From Squalus acanthias (lineage: Eukaryota), in the NCBI GenBank assembly GCA_030390025.1, contig CM059432.1:4030001-4094000 (forward strand): a stretch of DNA of 64,000 nucleotides, in the 5' to 3' direction. Within the stretch, counting starts at the first letter, position 1; each line of letters opens with the position of its first letter. Positions 13,703 to 24,000 of this stretch are shown in pieces. The notes below the pieces were generated by a model. The model was not told the DNA's origin, searched no databases, and saw only the letters and a program-made list of their open reading frames with translations. The translations under genes and the position numbers were made by a program.

Positions 13703-14659
13703 AGTTACTATGGAGGCAGATTCAATAGTAGCCTTCAAAAGGGAATTGGATAAATACTTGAAGGAGAAGAAACTGCAGGGATATGGGGAAAGAGCGGGGG
13801 GGAGTGGGACTAACTGGATCGCTCTTCGAAAGAGCCGGCGCAGACTCGATGGGCTGAAAGGCCTCCTTCTGTGCTGTACTATTCTAGGATTTTATGAAAG
13901 AACTTGCATTTCTATAGCACCTTTCAAAACCTCAGGATATCCAAAAGCACTTTACAGCCAATTAATTACTTTTGAAGTGTAGTCACTGATGTAGGGAAAA
14001 CAGCAATGAGATAAATGAGCAGTTTTTTTTTCCAATTTTCAATGTACAAAGGGATTGATTAAATGGTTTGTTGAAATCCTTTCTAAATAAAAACCAAAAA
14101 CATTACAATACTCCACTCCCCACTGCTGAAACCAGTTTTTATGCAGCTCTTATTGGAGTATGTGCATAATTATTCCCCATTGTTCCACAGCAGAGTGGAT
14201 TGAGAAACCAGCTTGTCAAAAGCACTTGTTATAAGCAGCCTTCACTCTGCATATATCTGTGTATTGAAATTAAAATTCAGCTGATTTCCAATTGAAGCCT
14301 AACAAAAGACTGTTAAATGACACCGGAATCTTTTGAAAGCTACAGCAGTGGTGGATTGAAAATCATTTTGTAACATCTTAACAGAGGCTATTTGACAATT
14401 CTTATTGGGCATCTTTTGATTTCTCTTCTGTGTCTATCCCCCATTCACCACTCTTCAAATTTCATAGCAATTCTTAGCAACCTCGGTCAGCCGTGGCTCA
14501 GTCTCCATGTGTGGCTCGGTGTCAAATTTTGTTTGATAATCGCTCCTGTGAAGCACCTTGGGAAGTTTTACTACGTTAATGGTGCTATAGAAATACAAGT
14601 TGTTGTTTCATCTGAAATCTCTGGTGCAGTTTTCTTTCAACGACATTAATTTATAATCT

Positions 14660-15800
14660 TTTTTTTATTCGTTCCTGGGATGTGGGCATTGCTGACAAGG
14701 CCGGCATTTATTGTCCATCCCTAATTGCCCCTTAAGAAGGTGGTGGCGAGCCGCCTTCTGGAACCGCTGCAGTCCGTTAGGGAGGGAGTTCCAGGATTTT
14801 GACCCAGCAACGATGAAGGAACAACCGATATATTTCCAAGTCAGGATGGTGTGTGACTTGGAGTGGAACTTGGAGGTGGTGGTGTTCCCATGCGCCTGCT
14901 GCCCTTGTCCTTCTAGGTGGTAGAGATCGCGGGTTTGCAGAGTGCTGTTGAAGAGGCCTTGGCGAGTTGCTGCAGTGCATTTTGTAGATGGTACACACTG
15001 GAGCAATGTTGCACCAGTGGTGGAGGGAGTGAATGTTTAAGATGGTGGATCAAGTGGGCTGCTTTGTCCTGGATGGTGTCGAGCTTTGTGGTTGCAGCTG
15101 CATTAATTCAGGTAAGTGGAAAATATTCGATCCCATGACTGAGTTGTACCTTGTAGATGGTGGAAAGGCTTTGGGGAGTCAGGAGGTGAGACACTCGCCA
15201 CAGAATACCCAACCTCTGATCTGCTCTTGTAGCTACAGTATTTATGTGGCTGGTCCAGTTAAGTTTCTGGTCAATGGTAACCCCCAGGATATTGATGGTG
15301 GGGGATTCAGCGATGGTAATGACATTGAATGTCAAGGGGCGGTGGTTAGACTCTCGCTTGTTGGAGATGGTAATTGCCTGGCACTTGTGTGGCGCGAATG
15401 TTACTTGCCACTTATCAGCCCAAGTCTGGTTGTTGTACAAGTCTTGCTGCATGCGGGCATGGACTGCTTCATTATCTGAGGAGTTGTGAATGGCACTGAA
15501 CACTGTGCAATCATCAGCGAACAACCCCACTTCTGACCTTATGATGGAGGGAAGGTCATTGATGAAGCAGCTGAAGATGGTTGGGCCGAGGACACTGCCT
15601 TGAGGAACTGCTGCAGCGATATCCTGGGGCTGAGATGATTGACCTCCAGCCATCAGAACCATCTTCCTTTGTGCTAGGTATGACTCCAGCCAGTGGAGAG
15701 TTTTCCCCCTGACCTACATAAACTTCAGTTTTACCAGAGCTCCTTGATGCCACACTTGGTCAAATGCTGCCTTGATTTCAAGGGCAGTCGCTCTCACCTC
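14660..15800 (-). mobile_element. Family B LINE 3' fragment
   Basis: ORF 15108-15662 (VPQGSVLGP, FADD); family tail at about 14660. Confidence 0.85.
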
Positions 15801-16207
15801 ACCTATTTGGTAGCACTTTCACCTCTGAGTCAGAAGGTTGTGGGTTCAAGTCCCACTCCAGAGAATTGAACACAAAATCCAGGCTGGACCAGCCACATAA
15901 ATACTGTGGCAACAAGAGCAGGTCAGAGGCTAGGTATTCTGCGGCGAGTGTCTCACCTCCTGATTCCCCAAAGCCTTTCCACCATCTACAAGGCACAAGC
16001 AAGGAGTGTGATGGAATACTCTCCACTTGCCTGGATGAGTGCAACTCCAATAACACTCAAGAAGCTCGACACTATCCAGGACAAAGCAGCCCGCTTGATT
16101 GGCACCCCATCCACCACCTTAAACATTCACTCCCTCCACCTCCGGCGCACCGTGGCTGTAGTGTGTACCATCTACAAGATGCACTGCAGCAACTCGCCAA
16201 GGCTTCT

Positions 16208-17899
16208 TGTAAGGGTTTTTGTCTCTCAGCCTGTGAGATTCGTGTGGCTCTGTGCAGCCCGGATGCTAGTGCGGGTTTAGGCCTTGTTGCCTGTTCTGGT
16301 CTCCAGCCAGTCTGGGAGCACTAGACACACCTGTGAGTGGTTCGACCCACTCGCCCTTACGGTTCTAGACACTGGACTTAGATGCGAGAGCAGTAATGGA
16401 GATGAAACTCAGGTAGACTCGGTTGAATGGTCCGAAATGGAAAATCTTTATTGCATATTATTTAAGATTACGAAATACATGTCATAAGCACAGATTAATG
16501 ACAGTACAATCTTACACGCAGTTATGTAATTAATTTCAGGAAAACGAGGAACGAACGACACATCGTAAATGGGGGCACACATTACAATTATCCTTAATAC
16601 TTAAAACCCTCCCCTATCAATATCTGTCCTAAGCTAGATTCGTAGGATTCGAGACTCATGCTCACCACTCGTGATAACTCGGAGAATTCCGAAAACTCTG
16701 ATCGGATGTTTTTCACCGCAGCGCCCACGTGTCGATCAGGGGGTCTCCTGGCCCCACTTGTTTACTCGTTTCTGCTCCGGCTAGCAGGCTGGAACGTCTG
16801 CTGTCATGAAGATCTGTGTTGTCCTTGGAGTTCCGACTATACTCAAAAAAGAGTCTTCCTGTGCCCTCACACCGGTTCGATAAAATTCGAAAAATAGTCT
16901 TCCTGTGTCAGTTCTGTAGAACTCAAAGAAGTCTTCCTGGCAAGGAAAATGTCTATTCGACCTACAGGCGCGGTCGGAGCTTACTGACCGTGGCGATAAG
17001 TATGGTCTTCTTCTCTTCTCATCTCATCTCATCTCATCTCATCTCATCTCGGGCCTTCGGTTCCAACACCGTTTACCGACTTATCGGGATGGTGTGCCCG
17101 CTTCAAGGCTTCAGAGCCCAGTTCTACACAGGTCTTCGCGACACGACACGAAGTAGATCCGAGCGGATCATAAAGTTCAACAGTCTTTTGAAAAAAGACA
17201 CGAGGCAAGCAGGAACAAGACGGTGAGTCAAGAGCAGCCACGAGGATAAACACCAGCAAGATAAGAGAAAGATGGACGGTTGGAGCTTGTAATTATAGTG
17301 CAAAATCTTCTGTTTCCCGCCCAACCTTAATGTCTTTCCTTTTGTTAGGGTTTGGCGCTCAAATGTCTTGTATAGGGTGATCTTCGTTTTAATGGGTTTC
17401 GGGGCTACTCGTAAATGTCTGAGTACCTGTTAATATTTCTCCCATTGTTTAATCGGTCGGTGTTCTCCCTGGAGGGGTTTTGGGGCTTCCAAATGTTTTC
17501 TGTAACTACCCGCTAACGGCTCTCTCATCGTAGAGTCGTTGGGATTTTACATATTAATGTCTTTGGATGGGTTCTTGATTACTTGGTACAACAGCCCTCA
17601 TTCGCACCTGGGAGACCGATTTCAGTATTTATGTGTATACTGTGAACCCATGATGTCTCGTGTATTATCTTCAATGTGCTGAGCCTTAATCGATCTTGCA
17701 CAAATGTTTATTGGAACGCCATCTTGTCTGCCTGTCGAAAAGTCTAGAATGTTCCGCCACGAGGCGTGGCGGCCATTTTACAAGCTGCTTGTGTCCACTT
17801 TGAAAACCTGACAGCATTCTGCTGAAATAAAAGCTGTTTGAATGAAACTATGTGTTTTTCTCCTTATTAATAAAATCACGATATATTGCGAATTCTACA
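16208..17899 (-). repeat. 3' LTR (1692 bp)
   Basis: Direct repeat of the 5' LTR with about 10 substitutions seen by eye and one fewer ATCTC unit (17021-17050); preceded by the PPT. Confidence 0.96.
16447..16452 (-). terminator. Polyadenylation signal in the 3' LTR
   Basis: AATAAA about 240 nt from the LTR end; also at 27601-27606 and in the solo LTR at 37982-37987. Confidence 0.6.
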
Positions 17900-17911
17900 G
17901 TCCCTCCTGTT
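17900..17911 (-). promoter_or_regulatory. Polypurine tract
   Basis: AACAGGAGGGAC immediately precedes the TGTAG start of the 3' LTR on the minus strand. Confidence 0.8.
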
Positions 17912-18352
17912 GATGCGAATAACTCCGCTTATCGTATCAAAAATATTGTGGCGAGCAATATTATCTCGATTTTCTCCGAATCCAGAAAATTTAATCCCAT
18001 AACTTAAACTATCTAGGGTCTTTGCGTCGTCCTTATTTCCCAAGAAAATTACATTTTATATCACCGTAGGCATCATTTGCCTTTAAACTTACACCACTTG
18101 TTTTCCTTCCAGGCGCAACCAGGCCGATGCCTCTCGTATCACCTGTATATTCACATTTTTATTTAGGGAAAGGAAAAACAAAACAAAACCAAACAATCAT
18201 TTTTTTTTTTAACTACAACACCATCACCAAAATAATCAACACCAACTCTTAAGACATGTCGAGTTCCAAACGTATTTACAGTCTTTGAAAATCATGAGCG
18301 AGTACAAACTTCCGCGGCGCACGTGGCGAGCGGGAGTGACGCCATTTTCCGA

Positions 18353-20704
18353 TTACACGGTGCTTTCATCGTGCACGCGCACGTAACGTTCTCGCCACTC
18401 TCCCGTGTTTTCGTGTTTGGTGAGGCGTTTGCCTCTCTTACAATGTACGATCAATAGGTACACTACAATAAAAACTTGGCATACGACTAAAATGTGGGAG
18501 GCTATTCTGATCCATGAAGGCACTTCAATATTGGTGAACAGATTCCACCACGGTGGAATTACTATATCCAGAATGTCTGTCCCTATTTCGACAGTTTTCT
18601 GTTCGAGTGCGTAAAAATGTTTCTGTGACACCGCGACGGCTTTGAAAAGCTTGGTGAGGTGTTCAGGGAGAGGGGGAATGAGGTATCCGAAATGCGCGAC
18701 GAATCGCTGCAAGTCGGTGAAATTCTCTTTTACTGTTAGATGAACAGTGGATGGTTCAGGGATTGGGACAATTCGCTGTTGTGCTACTTGAACTTCCGCC
18801 CTGGGTTTGAAACAGAAACTGCTGTCACTCACTGGACACCGGCTACGGTTTCCATGCTGGTAGTGTTGCGCTGCAGTGGTAACACAATATGTTCCACCCC
18901 CGATGTATGCTACCTGCGGAGGCACATGATCTTGTGCCATTGCCTCCATGGTGCAATTCATGGACTTGGCGCCAGCCGTTCTGAACCCGCACTGAGGTGT
19001 TAAAAAGGCATTCAAGTGCTGGGGACACAGTATTATGTGTGCTCCCCTGCCACGACAACCAGAGAGATCTGTACCTGTCATCGTTTGCTCCCAGCGGATG
19101 ACGTAAGGTGGAACCGCTGCATAGCGAATGTGGGCTCCCCCCTGAATGACACCAATGTTCTCTACCCGATACACCGGGGCGGGCTTTGCTGTGTCGCCCA
19201 AAACCGGCATACGTAGTACTATACCCATGATAGTATGGTTTGATCGTCCGCAGTCCACGGGGACTGGGTATGCTTCTGAAGCTAGCCTGAGCTGGCACGG
19301 GCTTAATGCGTTCTGAAAAGGGTGGAGCGCCCGCAGGTGTTTGTTACTTATCCAGGACGGGACCAAACCTTGTTTTAAATCCTCCAAATTACTGCGGCCC
19401 TCGCCCAGTAATCACGCCCCGTAAAGCACGCACACCTCATTCTGCGCAGCTTGATCGGATGCATTCCGATCTTCCCTAATCAGGGCATTTACCGTCTTTG
19501 CATGTTTCTCTAACTCTGCGATAATTTCCTTTAAATGGAGAGTCATGGCTTGGTCCTCGTGTAAACCCGACCCAACCACTTTATTTTCATCTGTTAGAAT
19601 GTCTTTTAATTGTGTCTTTAAACCATTAATCTGGGTCTGTAGCTCCACACTGTCTAGAGCGTTGACCACAGATGTACCCGTGTTAAACGCAGTGAACGCG
19701 TCGTTTACTACACCCCTTCTTTGCCTCTCTACTTGATCCAAAACTTCATGTGGTGCGGTGTACAAACTTGTTTTATCAATTTCCGCGAAATCGAATTCGT
19801 AAAATTGTCTGAACATCTTGGTCAACAGGACCTGATATAACTGTTCCGTCTTTTTGGGGCACCACTCTGGTAACCGCACCTCGGTGAGATTTAAAATCAC
19901 CGAGGCCACCGCGTAATGTACCCCCTGAAATAGTATCTGGTCTGTGGGGACCAGTACCAAACCATTCCCGAGTCCCTTACTAGTTTTAGGGCACCCTTCC
20001 TCTTCAGCTAGAACCACCGGAATCGTGGGCGGGGCTTTGCGTGGGCGCGTAATGAGCTCAGTGGCATTTACCGGGATCGAAGAGTATGGGGCTCCGCACC
20101 CCCTGGTGCTTGCATCCCACCTCATCCCCTGTCCGTTATCCTGCCATTGATTAATGAAAAATATGGAGATGCCTTTGGGGCAAGCGTACTTTGACCCCCA
20201 CATGCATACATAAATTCCCTCATCCGGTTCCCACCATTTGTCCCAACAGACTCTCACTTGTCCGTTTGTCCCCGTAATTGTCCGATGGGTATTATTACCC
20301 AGTCGTTCCCACTCGACCGAAGAGTTCCTCATGTTTTTGCTCAGCTTTCGCAGCCACCACCATCGGCTCAATGGGACATTCCCATTACAAGTCAAACAAA
20401 TCCGTTTGCCGACGGTGACGCTGATCCTGGGTGCGATGATCCTTACTTTGGGGCACATTAAAGAAGTCTCTTGGTAGGCAAACCCCGATGTGCTAGAATA
20501 CTCCGTTGAGTTCGTTCCCAGCCATCCTGGCCACCTTCCCTTGTGGAAATAGGTGGTGGTCTCCTCAGCCTCCCGCCTTCCGGTCCCATCCACCGCGATG
20601 GGGGCCGTGTCCCCGGAGCATCCAAACACCACGACATCCTTGGTGCGGCCTCGATAGGCCAATCCACATCCGATTGCCGCGAGCAATACTAGAATTCGTT
20701 CCAT
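18353..20704 (-). pseudogene. env: Env class I fusion glycoprotein (F-protein-like), 783 codons with one internal TGA at 19412-19414
   Basis: ORFs 19412-20821 and 18353-19387 share a frame. Signal peptide MERILVLLAAIGCGLA; furin site RQRR (19715-19726); then GVVNDAFTAFNTGTSVVNAL, a heptad repeat, a Cys-rich beta region, TM segment ILVVCQVFIVVYLLIV and a basic stop-transfer KRGKR. Confidence 0.88.
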
Positions 20705-20717
20705 CCTTCCTTGGTTC

Positions 20718-20740
20718 CTGTGATCAGATAGAATGAGGTA
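20718..20740 (-). promoter_or_regulatory. Candidate env splice acceptor
   Basis: TACCTCATTCTATCTGATCACAG|G lies 13 nt upstream of the env ATG (AGGATGG). Confidence 0.55.
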
Positions 20741-21021
20741 GCCAGCCTCGCAAGAGTCTCTGGCTTTTGTGAAGGGTGAGCGGATCCCCTGACCTCGCCT
20801 CACGTAAACTTCAATGTTCACTAAATAAACTTTAACTAGACCTATCTCTAACTCCCATCATTTTACCATTTTTTGTTAAAATTAAACTACAAACTTAACC
20901 TTATTTAAAACTATAAACTTATAACCTTAAACTTAGAAACTTAGAAACTTATAAACTTAGAAACTTATCCTAAACTTAAACTTATTACTGTACAGCACCG
21001 CCCGTTCCCAGGGCGGCCCCT

Positions 21022-24000
21022 TTAAATTCTGAGAAGGCTGCTGCGAGCTCTTCCCGACGGTGGGAGGGCACTGACCCCGTCCTTTGATCTGCCGCAGCCT
21101 GTGGCTGCACTGACCCCTTCCTTTGATCTGCCGCAGCCTGTTGCTGCTGCGATGGGACTGGGCCCTACTTGGGCTGCCTTAACCTTGAGTCTACGCCTTG
21201 GGGCAGTCTGGGGCCATGACCACATCTTCCTGGGCTGGGGTGCTCTACTTGACCTACGAGGAGTTGTCGGGGGCAGGAATCCCAGGACCGACGGACCGGG
21301 TTTCGAGACTTTCACCGGGACGACCTGTGGTCCCACCACAGTCGCTGGCTCCGCCTCCCCTGACTCCGCCTCCCTGACCTCGGGACTTGCAGCTTGTGGC
21401 ACCGCCCTGCTCGGCCCAGCAGGCGGCCCTTCCCTCGCAATCCCTACCTCCCCCGAGGGCAGGACGTTCAAGGCGGGCGGCTCGGGCTCTGAGGTTTCCG
21501 CCGTCACGCCCTGTGGTCTCACAGCGGCTGGCTCCGCCTCCCCTAGCTCCTCCCTCCTGTGTTCGGGACCTGCAGCCTCGGTGTCCACCCTGTGTGGATC
21601 TCTATCTGCAGCCCCTGTCCTCCCTATACCTGAATCGGGGGCGACCCTTGCGTTCCCCGATTCCCACTCGTCCTCATCACTATCCTCATCTGACTCGAGT
21701 TCCGGGAACTCTCCCTCATCTGACTCCCAACCCCACAAAAATGTTTCACAATTCACCAGGATGTCTCCTCCCCTGATGCAAGCTGCTTTGCCTGCCTGTG
21801 TGCCTTGTGGTCCTACCTGGGGCTGCGAGTCCCCACTCGCAGGTTTTGCCCCTGTGGTTTTCCCTTGTGCACCTGGCTTGTACAATTTGCACTGGTTTAC
21901 GTGGAACCACTTAGTGCGCCAAGGTATCTTTACGGCGTATACCATGGGACTCGCCTTATCTACAATGTTGTAGGGTCCCATATACAGTGGTTCCAGACTC
22001 CCTACTCTGGCGTAGTTTCTGACCATAACCTGGTCTCCTACTTCCCACTCCCGCGTTTTGCGGGGTTCCAGCAACAGGCGATTGCCCTGATGCTGCCTTC
22101 CCATGTTCCCAGCCGCCTGCTCATAAACCTGCTTCAGGCGCTCCAAGAGGGTCTGGGCGAACTTGTCCCTGCTTATCTCTTGGAGCTGACCCTCAGTGAG
22201 CACCGGCGCTAGCACATGGGTGGGGGTTCGCATGAGCCTCCCAGTCATCACCTCGTGCGGGGAGTACCCCGTACTTTTTGACTGACTGGCCCGGACCCCC
22301 ATGAGGACTAAAGGCAGAACTTCCGCCCATTTTTGGGGCGAGTTCCTAGTCTCTTTCCTCAGTTTCTCCTTCAGGGTCCGGTTCATGCGTTCAACAATCC
22401 CGGATGACTGGGGATTGTGTGCTACGTGCCACTTCCCTTCAATGCCCAAAAGCATGAGGGTGTTCTGCATCACCTGGCCGGTGAAATGACTCCCCTGGTC
22501 CGACTCCACAAAACAGGGGAGTCCCCACCGCGAGAACACTTCCCTGACCAAGATTTTTGCAGTACCCAGTGCCGTAGCTGTTCGACAGGGGAAGGCTTCC
22601 ACCCATTTGGAAAACACATCCACCAAGACGAGGCAGTATTTATAGCCTCCCTGGGTGGTGGGCAGGGGCCCTATATAGTCGATCTGTATCGACTGCCATG
22701 GTCCCTCTACCCTTCTTACGTGCCCCATGGGCACTTTCCTTTTCTGGGGGTCTGGGTTGTTTGCAGCGCACACGAGACAGTTTGCACAGAACTCGCGGAC
22801 CTGTTCCCTGAGCCCTGGCCACCATCCCGCTTGCTCTACCCGTTGCCAGGTAACCTCGGGCCCGGGGTGCCCTGCCCCTGGTCCCTCGTGAGCCAACTGG
22901 AGGAATTCCCTCCTGTGCTGCTGCGGCACAACCCACTGCTCCTCGCGGAACAGCATGCCTTCCCTAACGGAGAGGGTTGCCGTACTGTACGGACCCTCTA
23001 CTTGCTTCCCCTCAGCAATGGTTTTTAGGACTGCTTTTAGGGCGGGATCCTGGGTTTGGACGGTCTTAAGGTCTAGGGGCAATGCTACCCTGGAGTTCCC
23101 GGGATTCCCGTCCCTGCCTTGGATCGCTGCCATGGGTCTGGTCCCATAGGGGTCCCAGAAAATGCCGTTGCGGGCACCTTCCCTGGCTAGCGCATCCGCC
23201 TGCTGGTTGCCCTCCCCACGGGGCTCTGTGGAGGAGTGAGCCTTCACCTTATGGATGAAAATCTCCCCTTCCTCCCCTACTGCTGCTAGGATCTTTTCCA
23301 GCAAGGGCTTCACCGTTAAAGGTCGCCCGTCCGCGGAGGTGTATCCACGGCGGGACCAAATGGCCAGGTATTCCGTACACGAATTACATGTGAACATACT
23401 GTCCGAGCAAATCGTGTATGGGGTTGGGAAAATGTCTGGGTGGGTAACAACGTACACCACTGCAGACAGCTCAGCCTGCTGCGCGCTCATGGTGCTTGGG
23501 AGCTTGATCGCCAGGGCAAGGTTTGCCGCAGGGTCATAAACTCCACACCCTGTGAGTCGTTCGCCAGCAGATACTGTGCTAGAACCATCAACATAAATCT
23601 CGCGCCCAGTGGGATGTATCCCGGCCCGCAAACCTATGTTGACGTCCCACACCCCTTCCACCGAACATCGGTGGGCTGTACCGGGGTATACCAAATTGGC
23701 CGCAAGCCTGGGCTCGCAAAGACCTTTTACTCTAAGATCCAGCTGGGAAAGAAGAAGGGTCCAGCGCGCAATACGCACGCTGCTTACGGTCCCATCTTTA
23801 ATCCTCCCATCTAAAAGCATCTTAGTTGGTGTGTGCTGGGTGAGGAGAGTGATGGGAGAGAGCCCTGTGAAGATCGCTGATCTTTTCACAGCCCAATGCG
23901 TGGCTAAAAGGTGCCTTTCGCAATTGGAGAAACTCCTCTCCACATCCGTTAACACCCTGGACGAATAGACAACCGGCCTCAGCTTGCCGTGACGCTCTTG

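Noticed and set aside
16284..17324. Short ORFs repeated in both LTRs as accessory genes
   Set aside because: Mostly antisense or non-ATG, with no recognisable domains; recurrence simply reflects LTR identity.
18353..19387. Separate fourth gene downstream of env
   Set aside because: Same frame as the upstream env ORF, TTG start, no signal peptide; it is the C-terminal half of Env.
20705..20821. Listed GTG start giving Env a 39-aa N-terminal extension
   Set aside because: The ATG at 20704 has a strong Kozak context, begins a signal peptide and follows a splice-acceptor-like site.
21101..21973. 290-aa antisense ORF opposite the Pol tail (HBZ/ASP-like?)
   Set aside because: GTG start and low-complexity mirror of a GC-rich sense frame; no independent motif.
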